Origin: a virus
Lineage: Duplodnaviria > Caudoviricetes
IMG/VR virus record: IMGVR_UViG_3300013105_000003
Coordinates: 32,001 to 96,000 of that record
DNA length: 64,000 nt
Direction: 5' to 3' (one strand)
Under the pieces are notes generated by a model, which saw only the letters and a program-made list of their open reading frames with translations, made no database searches and was not told where the DNA came from. A program made the position numbers and the translations under genes. Below, in pieces: positions 28,931-36,840 of this stretch (its first letter is position 1; every line of letters begins with the position of its first letter).

Positions 28931-31036
28931 ATGACAGTCTCTGGCATTAACTTCTCATTTACCCTTCCCAATTCGTTTGTAGATGAGTACCGAGACAAGA
29001 AGCCACCATTTGGATATGTAGACGCTGCAGGAACCTCTATGGGAGAGGTAGTCTTTGCACGTACCTACTCTCGTAAGAAGGAAGACGGAGCTAAAGAGCA
29101 GTGGTATGAGGTATGTGAGCGTGTTATCAATGGCATGTTCTCCATTCAAAAGGATCACTGCCTTTCCAGCCGACTTCCTTGGAATGGACCAAAGGCACTA
29201 GCAACAGCCAAGGATGCTTACGACAGACTATTCAACCTCAAGTGGTCTCCTCCAGGGCGTGGTCTCTGGATGATGGGATCAAAGCTAGTAAATGAGCAGC
29301 ACAATGCAGCTGCACTTCAAAATTGTGCCTTTGTAAGTACTAAAGATATGACAAAGTTTGACCCCGCCAAGGTGTTTGCATTCCTTATGGAAGGTTCTAT
29401 GCTTGGAATTGGTATGGGATTTGACACCAAGGGGTCTCAGCTAGGGCTAGTAGTGCAGAAGCCAAAGGATGACGCTGAGATATTTACTATTCCTGACACT
29501 CGTGAGGGTTGGGTAGAGGCTACCAAGCAGATTATTAATGCATACCTAGTAGAAGGCAAGTCAAAGCCTAAGTTCGATTACACCGCTATTCGTCCATCAG
29601 GTGCCCCTATTAAGACATTTGGTGGTACTGCCTCTGGGCCAGCACCTTTGATTACTCTCCACGAGAATCTAGTCAAGATGTTTGAAGCTAACATCGGTGA
29701 GCCTGTAGGTGCCAAGATTATTGCAGATATTGGTAACATGATTGGTGTCTGTGTTGTTTCTGGTAACGTCCGTCGCTCAGCAGAACTTCTTATGGGCAGC
29801 ATTGAAGATGACGAATTCCTTAACCTCAAGAACCTAGACAAGAACCCAGATCGCTCAGACTGGTATTGGATGAGTAATAACTCAGTAGAGGCTAAGGTTG
29901 GTGATGACCTTTCAGCAATTGCTGAAGGTGTCAAGCGTAACGGTGAGCCTGGAGTTATCTGGATGGACGTTACACGTAAGTATGGGCGACTAAAGGATGC
30001 ACCTAACAACAAGGACTGGCGTGCAGCTGGCTATAATCCTTGCGCAGAGCAGTCTCTAGAGTCCTTTGAGTGCTGCACCCTATCAGAGTCATACCTAATG
30101 AATACGGACTCGTTAGAGGACTATCTGAAGACTCTGAAGGTTGCCTACCTGTATGCTAAGACAGTAACCCTACTCCCAACGCACTGGCCCGAGACGAATG
30201 CAATTATGCAGCGTAATCGTCGTATCGGAATGAGTATGTCAGGTATTGCTGACTTTGTTGACTCTCATGGCCTACCTAGCCTCCGCGAATACATGGACAA
30301 GGGTTACGATGAGGTACAGCGACTCGATGAAGTATACTCTGAGTGGCTATGTGTTCGTCCATCTATTAAGACAACTACAGTCAAGCCAAGTGGTACTGTC
30401 TCACTCCTAGCTGGAACGTCTCCAGGCGTTCACTGGACTGTTGGCGGTAGCTACTTTATTAGACGAGTTATCTTTGACAAGAATGATCCTGTAGTTGAGC
30501 AGTTCCGCAACTCTGGGTACCCAGTGATAGACTCTGTATACACTCCTGAAACCTCAGTAGTAGTGGAGTTCCCAATTAAGTCTAAGGCTAAGCGATCTGA
30601 AGCTGACGTAAGTATCTTTGAAAAGGCATTCCTTGCCTCAGAGGCACAGCGTTACTGGTCTGACAACTCTGTATCAGTTACTGTATCATTCGATCCTGAG
30701 ACTGAAGGTGACCACATCGAGAAGATTCTTCACATGTATGAAGGTTCTTTGAAGACTGTATCATTCCTTCCAATGGGTGGAGCATACCAACAGATGCCAT
30801 ATGAGTCAATTACTGAGGATGAGTGGGAAGAGCGTAGAGTACAGATTCTACCTGTAGACCTATCACCAATTTATGGTCTTGAGGCAGAGGATGCAGCAGG
30901 AGAAAAGTACTGCAGTACGGACGCTTGCGAAATTAAGGAATTTACATCTACGGTAGAAGATTATAAGAGTGGCCTAGATATTAATTACGAACAGATTGTA
31001 GAATTAGAAACTAAGACAGCGAAGTTAAATGACTAA
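28931..31036 (+). CDS. nrdJ: Class II (adenosylcobalamin-dependent) ribonucleotide reductase
   Basis: PPGRGLW, LQNC, GNVRRSA, NPCAEQ, TTVKPSGTVSLL, C-terminal C...AC pair. Confidence 0.93.
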   Translation: MTVSGINFSFTLPNSFVDEYRDKKPPFGYVDAAGTSMGEVVFARTYSRKKEDGAKEQWYEVCERVINGMFSIQKDHCLSSRLPWNGPKALATAKDAYDRLFNLKWSPPGRGLWMMGSKLVNEQHNAAALQNCAFVSTKDMTKFDPAKVFAFLMEGSMLGIGMGFDTKGSQLGLVVQKPKDDAEIFTIPDTREGWVEATKQIINAYLVEGKSKPKFDYTAIRPSGAPIKTFGGTASGPAPLITLHENLVKMFEANIGEPVGAKIIADIGNMIGVCVVSGNVRRSAELLMGSIEDDEFLNLKNLDKNPDRSDWYWMSNNSVEAKVGDDLSAIAEGVKRNGEPGVIWMDVTRKYGRLKDAPNNKDWRAAGYNPCAEQSLESFECCTLSESYLMNTDSLEDYLKTLKVAYLYAKTVTLLPTHWPETNAIMQRNRRIGMSMSGIADFVDSHGLPSLREYMDKGYDEVQRLDEVYSEWLCVRPSIKTTTVKPSGTVSLLAGTSPGVHWTVGGSYFIRRVIFDKNDPVVEQFRNSGYPVIDSVYTPETSVVVEFPIKSKAKRSEADVSIFEKAFLASEAQRYWSDNSVSVTVSFDPETEGDHIEKILHMYEGSLKTVSFLPMGGAYQQMPYESITEDEWEERRVQILPVDLSPIYGLEAEDAAGEKYCSTDACEIKEFTSTVEDYKSGLDINYEQIVELETKTAKLND

Positions 31037-31370
31037 AGAACTAGCATTCTCAGTTACCATGCAGGATCTAGAAGTACAGACTTTCAGAGCTGGCGGCGCT
31101 GGGGGGCAGAATCAGAATAAGAGAGACACAGGAGTCCGTCTGATTCACCACCCCTCTGGTGCAAGAGCTGAGTGTAGAGAAGAACGCTCTCAGCTACAAA
31201 ATAAGAAAAAGGCACTGAAGAGACTATCTGTAGACCCTAAGTTTGTTTATTGGGCACATGTTCAATCTGGTAGCCTAAAGGATGCTGAGCAGTGGGTTGA
31301 AGAGCAAATGGTAGAGTCTAACCTAAAAGTAGAAGTTAAAGATGAGAAGGGTCGCTGGGTAGATGAGTGA
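31029..31370 (+). CDS. GGQ peptidyl-tRNA hydrolase (RF-1 domain, ArfB-like)
   Basis: FRAGGAGGQNQNKRDTGVRL...ERSQLQNK; no codon-recognition domain. Confidence 0.88.
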   Translation: MTKELAFSVTMQDLEVQTFRAGGAGGQNQNKRDTGVRLIHHPSGARAECREERSQLQNKKKALKRLSVDPKFVYWAHVQSGSLKDAEQWVEEQMVESNLKVEVKDEKGRWVDE

Positions 31371-31638
31371 TAATAAGCCAAAGCAAGTAGTTAAGTTCTG
31401 GGCTGATTGGTGCGGTCCTTGTAAGAGATTTGCACCCATCTTTGAGGAAGTGCAGGAAGAGTATCCTGATTTCCAGTTTATGAGTGTAGATATTGATGCA
31501 CAGCCAGAAGCAGCTAAGGTGTTTGGAGTTACTACAATTCCTTACGTGGTAGTTCTTAATAATGGTGAAACTGTAGGAGAGATTAACGGTATCATTTCTA
31601 AGCCAACCTTGCGTAAGCTACTTGACTCTGTAGAGTAA
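31363..31638 (+). CDS. Thioredoxin
   Basis: FWADWCGPCK and TIP cis-Pro motif. Confidence 0.92.
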   Translation: MSDNKPKQVVKFWADWCGPCKRFAPIFEEVQEEYPDFQFMSVDIDAQPEAAKVFGVTTIPYVVVLNNGETVGEINGIISKPTLRKLLDSVE

Positions 31639-31736
31639 GAGTGCTATAGTAGGTACTTCAACAGTCAACCCCTCCACAATGGGTCTTACCAAAATGGTGT
31701 GGAGGGGTTGACGCATACCTAAGAGTCTGGTAGTAT
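31622..31736 (+). promoter_or_regulatory. Tandem sigma-A-type promoters separated by a 15-bp hairpin
   Basis: TTGACT-17-TATAGT (31622-31650); IR 31664-31678/31698-31712; TTGACG-17-TAGTAT (31708-31736). Confidence 0.65.
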
Positions 31737-31743
31737 CGTACTC

Positions 31744-32139
31744 ATGAACAAGATTAGTGAAGTTGTCGCCCAGGTCCGTCGTCTCGCTGCAGAGAATCCT
31801 GACTTTGTCTATGAGAAGGTTAAGAGTAAGAGCAGTGAAGATAGCCCAAAGTGCCTTTACACTCACAATGGTAAGGGTAGTTGCATCATAGGACAGGCTA
31901 TTCTAGCTGTAGATGATAGCCTCTACAGTAAGCTGGCTGACTATGATGAGGGATTAATCTTTGGATATTCCGCAACCATTGTTGTACATGACCTGTACCC
32001 AGAAGAGTTTAAGAAGGCTCAAGGTGAGATGTATGCAAAGTGGCTTCATTTGGTCCAGCGGAAGCAAGATGATGGGTGGACTTGGGAAGAGGCTGTTGGG
32101 TATGCCGATAGTTTCCTTGATAGTGGGAGTTTATCATGA
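31744..32139 (+). CDS. Hypothetical protein, paralog family A
   Basis: PDFVY..C.Y..GSCIIG...VQ..QD.G..W. Confidence 0.7.
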   Translation: MNKISEVVAQVRRLAAENPDFVYEKVKSKSSEDSPKCLYTHNGKGSCIIGQAILAVDDSLYSKLADYDEGLIFGYSATIVVHDLYPEEFKKAQGEMYAKWLHLVQRKQDDGWTWEEAVGYADSFLDSGSLS

Positions 32140-32510
32140 ACAAAGTAGAAGAGATTGTAAGAGAGATTCGTAGGCTAGCTGCTTTGGAGCCATATTTTGT
32201 TTATAAGGTTCCTGAGGGAAGCGACAGGTGCCGATACGTTAATTCAACGTCTGGAAGTTGTATAGTTGGTAAAGCAATTCTCAACATTACTCCAAGAAAC
32301 CACAAGTCTCATGTGTATGAGACTCTATCCTATTTCGATACGAAACCTGTGGCTATGTCAGCTGATGACGCTGTTAGGGATCTTGTAAATGTATCTGAGA
32401 AAGATGAAGAAAGCCTGAAGTGGATAGACCTAGTTCAACACTGTCAGGATAATGGTCTTCCTTGGAAACTAGCTGTTCAACGAGCCGATGAAGCAGTACT
32501 CGGAGAATAA
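32136..32510 (+). CDS. Hypothetical protein, paralog family A
   Basis: Same motifs as the upstream gene. Confidence 0.7.
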   Translation: MNKVEEIVREIRRLAALEPYFVYKVPEGSDRCRYVNSTSGSCIVGKAILNITPRNHKSHVYETLSYFDTKPVAMSADDAVRDLVNVSEKDEESLKWIDLVQHCQDNGLPWKLAVQRADEAVLGE

Positions 32511-32679
32511 ACCTCGCTGCTCTTTCACTAGAGTTGCTAAGGGAGCTAGAGATGTGGTACAGTGTTTCTTGAAAGAGCAGCACAAGGAATCACACATGAC
32601 TCTCAATCCTGGACCTAAGAGAACGTGGGATGGGATTGACTACACACCTAAGGAAGCTAATGACAATGGATACCTCTAA
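32488..32679 (+). CDS. Hypothetical protein
   Basis: C...C...H...H pattern; tiles operon. Confidence 0.45.
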   Translation: MKQYSENKPRCSFTRVAKGARDVVQCFLKEQHKESHMTLNPGPKRTWDGIDYTPKEANDNGYL

Positions 32680-32878
32680 CGAGATTCGTTACCCAGAGGT
32701 AGAAGTACCTCTCGTTGGTCAGGATGGTAATGCTTTTATGATTATAGGTTCTGTCACTAGGGCACTACGAAAGGCTGGAGTGTCTCAGGAGGAAATTACA
32801 GAATTTACTGATGAGGCTATGAGTGGAGACTACGATCACTTACTCCAAACTGTCACGCGTTGGGTAGCTGTGTCTTGA
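32630..32878 (+). CDS. Conserved phage protein (DGNAF motif)
   Basis: LVGQDGNAFMIIG...SGDYDHLL. Confidence 0.7.
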   Translation: MGLTTHLRKLMTMDTSNEIRYPEVEVPLVGQDGNAFMIIGSVTRALRKAGVSQEEITEFTDEAMSGDYDHLLQTVTRWVAVS

Positions 32879-33204
32879 TGAGTAACCCTGACGAGCTGTA
32901 TGATACCGTAAAGAAACTGCAGAGAGAATTCCCAGACCTACTTTCTCTCATACCTGTTAGTACATTCTTTAGTGATGATATGTACGAAGTGATGTTCTCT
33001 CTACTAAATACTGCACAAGAGAAGATTGAACAAGCGGCTGACGATCTTTATGACGAGCATACTAAGCACTGTGATGAGTGTGGGTTTTCATTAGCAGGGT
33101 ACGATGACATATTCTGTTATGAGTGTTATAATAGTATGGAAGCTAAGAATTATACACTAACTGGACGCATTGAATTCCTAGAAGGAAAGTTAAAGAATGA
33201 ATAA
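32860..33204 (+). CDS. Hypothetical protein with two CxxC
   Basis: Tiles operon. Confidence 0.5.
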   Translation: MGSCVLMSNPDELYDTVKKLQREFPDLLSLIPVSTFFSDDMYEVMFSLLNTAQEKIEQAADDLYDEHTKHCDECGFSLAGYDDIFCYECYNSMEAKNYTLTGRIEFLEGKLKNE

Positions 33205-33439
33205 TCAGACAACTACTAGTACTAGTGGCATAAGCACTGCTGGGCTACTTGGTGTAGCATTTGTTGTATTGAAGCTGTGCCACGTCATTAACTGGTCATG
33301 GTGGTTGGTTCTCCTACCATTCTATGGGGTGTTTGCTCTACTTATTGTTATCCTCCTAGTTGTGCTTCTTGTAGCAGGGATACTAGACTGGCTAGATGGT
33401 CGTAAGTACAAGAAGCAACGAAAGAATCTAAAGCGATAA
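33197..33439 (+). CDS. Small membrane protein
   Basis: FVVLKL..I.WSWW.V..P motif. Confidence 0.7.
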   Translation: MNNQTTTSTSGISTAGLLGVAFVVLKLCHVINWSWWLVLLPFYGVFALLIVILLVVLLVAGILDWLDGRKYKKQRKNLKR

Positions 33440-33442
33440 TAT
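33434..33442 (+). promoter_or_regulatory. CGATAATAT putative phage-sigma promoter
   Basis: Before the RNA cluster. Confidence 0.65.
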
Positions 33443-33449
33443 AAATATA

Positions 33450-33553
33450 GGGAGAATGGCTTCTTCCTGCATTCGCTAGTCAGTGTTAAACTGACAGAGC
33501 CAGACCCCTTGGGCAATAAGGTTATGATTGATTCGTAGCTGTTCAAGGTCTCA
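33450..33553 (+). ncRNA. Putative structured RNA of unknown family
   Basis: Nested stems with G-U pairs on the + strand, right after a CGATAATAT site. Confidence 0.5.
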
Positions 33554-33556
33554 CTG

Positions 33557-33630
33557 GGGAGTATAGCTTAACTGGAAGAGTGTCCTGACTCCAAATCAGG
33601 AAGGCGTCTGTTCGATTCGGACTACTCCCG
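33557..33630 (+). tRNA. tRNA-Trp(CCA)
   Basis: GGGAGTA/TACTCCC acceptor, CCTGA-CTCCAAA-TCAGG anticodon arm, GTCTG-TTCGATT-CGGAC T arm, G73; no encoded CCA. Confidence 0.9.
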
Positions 33631-33631
33631 C

Positions 33632-34066
33632 ATGGTAGATAGAATGAGATATCCAGAACTTCCTTCTGCTTTAGTTGATAGGTCTGGTTACGATAAAGGA
33701 AGGTACCAGATTCTTCGCAATAGACTTCTGGCCCTTCTTGGAGGTGTCTGTGTTAGGTGTGGAACCGATCAAAACTTAGAGTTTGATCACAGGGACCCAA
33801 AGTCCAAAAAATTTACTATCATGGCTAAGTGGAATAACTATACTAATGAAGAGCTATATAAAGAAATAGAAAAATGCCAACTTCTGTGTAAGAAGCACCA
33901 CATAGAGAAGACGAGAGAGGATATAGGAGTACCTCACGGTGGAGGCGTCTCTGGTAAGAGAGACCCAGAGAGAGGGGATAGGTGTAGGTGTGACCTATGT
34001 AAAGCTAAGTACAACGAATACATGAGAGCACTTAAGAAGAGACTAAAAGAAGAAAAGAAAAAATAA
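33632..34066 (+). CDS. HNH endonuclease
   Basis: CVRCG...EFDHRDP...CQLLCKKHH, plus HG...CRCDLC; sits between tRNA genes. Confidence 0.85.
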   Translation: MVDRMRYPELPSALVDRSGYDKGRYQILRNRLLALLGGVCVRCGTDQNLEFDHRDPKSKKFTIMAKWNNYTNEELYKEIEKCQLLCKKHHIEKTREDIGVPHGGGVSGKRDPERGDRCRCDLCKAKYNEYMRALKKRLKEEKKK

Positions 34067-34071
34067 AACAA

Positions 34072-34153
34072 GCCCTCATATCAGCGCACTCTTATAAAGT
34101 GTCCATTACAATGCTGTATCTGGTGGAGGTTGGTTCAAGTCCAACTGAGGGTA
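34072..34153 (+). tRNA. Atypical tRNA-Ile(TAT): no D-arm, long variable arm
   Basis: GCCCTCA/TGAGGGT acceptor, GCACT-CTTATAA-AGTGT anticodon arm, GTTGG-TTCAAGT-CCAAC T arm, A73. Confidence 0.75.
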
Positions 34154-34154
34154 C

Positions 34155-34418
34155 ATGGAAGTAAGAGAAGACTTGGAAGTTATTGAACTTCTAGACTATA
34201 ACTTTGCTATCCCCTGTGACCACGAAACATGTGATCTAGAGGCAGACTACTTATTAATTCTTCATTGCCCTTCCTGTGTTTATGAGGAAAAGTTCTTTAT
34301 TTGTGATCCACACTGGGTCAAGGTATCTACTACTAAAGGACTAATGGCTACCTGCTCTCGTTGTTCTGTGTATGGCTCCCTTGAAGATTTCTTGGTAGAA
34401 AGACGTTCACTAAAGTAA
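34155..34418 (+). CDS. Cys-rich hypothetical protein
   Basis: Several CxxC/CxxH; ATG directly after the tRNA. Confidence 0.6.
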   Translation: MEVREDLEVIELLDYNFAIPCDHETCDLEADYLLILHCPSCVYEEKFFICDPHWVKVSTTKGLMATCSRCSVYGSLEDFLVERRSLK

Positions 34419-34458
34419 ATTTATATCGTACCACCTACATAATTTCCAATAGGCAGTA

Positions 34459-34467
34459 CGATAATAT
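34459..34467 (+). promoter_or_regulatory. CGATAATAT putative phage-sigma promoter
   Basis: Intergenic copy. Confidence 0.65.
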
Positions 34468-34498
34468 TAGTGCCAGGGAGAAATTTGAGGTCACTAAT

Positions 34499-34771
34499 AT
34501 GGGAGACAATCTAAAACGTCACGACGATGAGCCTAGAAAGGCTTACAATCAACACGGAGATGTTGTGGAAGTCGGCACTGAAGTTAGAGATGGTGAACTA
34601 TTTCTTACTTTCTTTTCAGAAAATGGTAAAAAAGGTAGTGCGTCGATGCCTGCCGACCAAGCTTGGCTTTATGCTTCAGACATAATCAGCGGAGCAATGG
34701 AATTAGACCCAGGCTACATTGAAGATTTAATCAAAGAAAGCATTGAGAAATTCCAAGCAGGAGATTACTGA
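34499..34771 (+). CDS. Hypothetical protein, paralog pair B
   Basis: AWLYASDIISGA motif; RBS GAGG. Confidence 0.65.
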   Translation: MGDNLKRHDDEPRKAYNQHGDVVEVGTEVRDGELFLTFFSENGKKGSASMPADQAWLYASDIISGAMELDPGYIEDLIKESIEKFQAGDY

Positions 34772-35060
34772 TATGCCAGAAAGACTCAATCAACCAAGAA
34801 CTGGATTTAGTGTAGATGGAGATAGGGTAGAGATTCTAGCTCATCACACAGACGAAAGTAAGGTTAAGATCCACTTTACCGCACCGGAGCTAGAGCGGGA
34901 AGGGGATATTTGTCTAGATTTTGACGAGGCTTGGCGTTTTGCTAATGACGTTATTTCTTCTGCCTTGACTGTAAACCCAGAGTTCCTTCCTAGCTTATTT
35001 GCAGACTTAGGGAATCGTCTCAAGGTTCTAGAGCAGAAGCAACGAGAAATTACCTCTTGA
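34743..35060 (+). CDS. Hypothetical protein, paralog pair B (likely start ATG 34773)
   Basis: AWRFANDVISSA motif. Confidence 0.65.
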   Translation: MRNSKQEITDMPERLNQPRTGFSVDGDRVEILAHHTDESKVKIHFTAPELEREGDICLDFDEAWRFANDVISSALTVNPEFLPSLFADLGNRLKVLEQKQREITS

Positions 35061-35455
35061 CTCTTGAGAAAGACCCTGCTACACTTGACCACATGAGCGA
35101 AACAAAGATGCCCCCGTTGCACGACGTGGTGAAGAAGGTCCGAGAAATAGCTAAAGATGCGCCAGACCTTGTATACGAGATGCCAGATGGATGGTGCCAA
35201 TACGTATTTAATGGTCAGGGGTCTTGTATCGTAGGACAAGCCTATCTTGCTCTTGGAACTCCTATAAAGAAGGTTGAGTTGTGGGATACCGAAGAGAACG
35301 GACCTAGCGGTATAGAGGAAATAATAGAAAGAGAGTATGAAGAGTACTCAACTCTAGCTAAGTCTTGGTTGAGAGAGGTTCAGGACTCACAAGACACGGG
35401 AACCTCTTGGGCAGAAGCTGTAAAGAATGCAGATATAACCTTAGGGTTGATTTAA
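35057..35455 (+). CDS. Hypothetical protein, paralog family A
   Basis: PDLVY..CQY..GSCIVG...VQDSQDTG.SW. Confidence 0.7.
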   Translation: MTLEKDPATLDHMSETKMPPLHDVVKKVREIAKDAPDLVYEMPDGWCQYVFNGQGSCIVGQAYLALGTPIKKVELWDTEENGPSGIEEIIEREYEEYSTLAKSWLREVQDSQDTGTSWAEAVKNADITLGLI

Positions 35456-35658
35456 TGCTTAAGCTAGGAACTGTTGTAGAGTTTCCAGAAGATCGTAGTC
35501 ACTATGGAGTGGTTACAGATCCTGAGGTGGACGAGTTGCATCTATCAGCCCCAGGACTAGGAAACATTTTAGTGGAGTGGTTTAATAAAAAGAATAACTC
35601 AGACAGCTACCTGTGGTGGGAGCTTGAAGATTCTCTAGAGGTAGTTGACACCGACTGA
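35455..35658 (+). CDS. Hypothetical protein
   Basis: ATG overlaps the upstream stop. Confidence 0.5.
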   Translation: MLKLGTVVEFPEDRSHYGVVTDPEVDELHLSAPGLGNILVEWFNKKNNSDSYLWWELEDSLEVVDTD

Positions 35659-35674
35659 TCTTCTGTGATAGTAT

Positions 35675-36046
35675 ATGGATATGCAAATAACCGATAACTA
35701 TTCCTCTAAGGCAGGAAAGCAACTTAAGGCAGCTTTGGCAATTGCTGAAGCTTCTCGTTGCTCTCATCGTCATGGAGCAGTTCTAGTAAAGAATGGAGTT
35801 GTTCTCGCTGCTGCCTCAAACCAGCAGCGCCAACCGCAACTCCCACATTGGGCAGAGGGTAGCTGGCGTAGGGTTAGTGTTCATGCAGAGGAGGCAGTTC
35901 TCTCTATGGCAGGAAATCAAGCACAAGGAGCTACGCTGTATGTGGCTCGTGTTGGTAGAATGGATCAAGTTTCCCCCTCTCGTCCCTGCCTTCGCTGCAC
36001 AGGTCTTGCTGAGCGTTCTGGTATTAGAAAGATTGTCCACACATGA
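35675..36046 (+). CDS. Zinc-dependent cytidine/dCMP deaminase-like protein
   Basis: HGAVLV, HAEE, SRPCLRC. Confidence 0.82.
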   Translation: MDMQITDNYSSKAGKQLKAALAIAEASRCSHRHGAVLVKNGVVLAAASNQQRQPQLPHWAEGSWRRVSVHAEEAVLSMAGNQAQGATLYVARVGRMDQVSPSRPCLRCTGLAERSGIRKIVHT

Positions 36047-36267
36047 GATTTCCTAAGTGGATATTCTGGCACAACTGGACAGGATGGGCCATTGGGTGGT
36101 ATCCTACAGAGGTCAGTTCGTTACAACTATCCCTCTTCTACCAGAGTGGCTATTACATTAACCTAGACATTATGGTTACTGAGAAGTTTGACCACCGACT
36201 GTCTTATAAGATTCGTAAGCCGGACAATTACTTATTTCCTGAAAGACGAGGCTTTCACCTACAATGA
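36043..36267 (+). CDS. Hypothetical protein
   Basis: Tiles operon. Confidence 0.4.
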   Translation: MRFPKWIFWHNWTGWAIGWYPTEVSSLQLSLFYQSGYYINLDIMVTEKFDHRLSYKIRKPDNYLFPERRGFHLQ

Positions 36268-36452
36268 TTAGTGACACTATTGACAGTGAGATTGATTACC
36301 TGATTGAGCGCCTAGTTAAGAGAGCTACTTCACGTATATCTAGTTCTGCTTCTGATGAGAATGCTAACCTAGCGTCAGCAATTAAGGATCTAGCAGAGGC
36401 TAAGTACTACCTCTCTGGGGGAGAGCCTTCTGTTAATTTGACAAAGAACTAA
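36264..36452 (+). CDS. Hypothetical protein
   Basis: Tiles operon. Confidence 0.5.
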   Translation: MISDTIDSEIDYLIERLVKRATSRISSSASDENANLASAIKDLAEAKYYLSGGEPSVNLTKN

Positions 36453-36461
36453 CGATAATAT
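36453..36461 (+). promoter_or_regulatory. CGATAATAT putative phage-sigma promoter
   Basis: Intergenic copy. Confidence 0.65.
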
Positions 36462-36484
36462 AATTAAGACGAAAGGATAGTCAA

Positions 36485-36721
36485 ATGGCTGACGAAAAGA
36501 CTGTAGATGCTACTCCACCAACTGTGGAGGAAGACACTAACGTACAGGAAGCTCCTCCTACCGTTACCGATGAGACAAACACAGGCGCAGAGGATGCTCC
36601 AGCTGCTGCAGAAGAGCCTGTCAAGCCTGTAGAGGGTAAGACCCTTGACCAGCTTGCAGAGGAAGATCCAGAAGCATTCTGGCACCCCGGCAGGGTACTA
36701 TCAGAGGACGACTCTAAGTAA
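36485..36721 (+). CDS. Small highly acidic protein
   Basis: CGATAATAT site plus RBS GAAAGGA; 22 D/E in 78 aa. Confidence 0.7.
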   Translation: MADEKTVDATPPTVEEDTNVQEAPPTVTDETNTGAEDAPAAAEEPVKPVEGKTLDQLAEEDPEAFWHPGRVLSEDDSK

Positions 36722-36754
36722 TAACCTAATCCTATACCACTAGGATTAGTCTTA

Positions 36755-36827
36755 GTGGGTATGGGAAAATTGGGAATCCGTCTGCTTTGGGAGCAGAAGA
36801 CTGCGAGTTCGAGCCTCGCTACCCGCA
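36755..36827 (+). tRNA. tRNA-Pro(TGG)
   Basis: GTGGGTA/TACCCGC acceptor, TCTGC-TTTGGGA-GCAGA anticodon arm, GCGAG-TTCGAGC-CTCGC T arm. Confidence 0.88.
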
Positions 36828-36840
36828 CAAATTAAATATT

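Noticed and set aside
689-30012. Many short antisense or nested ORFs from the six-frame track
   Set aside because: Shadows of long + strand genes, without RBS or recognisable motifs.
31029-31370. Release factor indicating stop-codon reassignment
   Set aside because: Only the GGQ domain is present, long genes are intact in the standard code, all three stops are used, and there is no suppressor tRNA.
36481-36828. Minus-strand 115-aa ORF
   Set aside because: Antisense to a well-supported gene and to tRNA-Pro.
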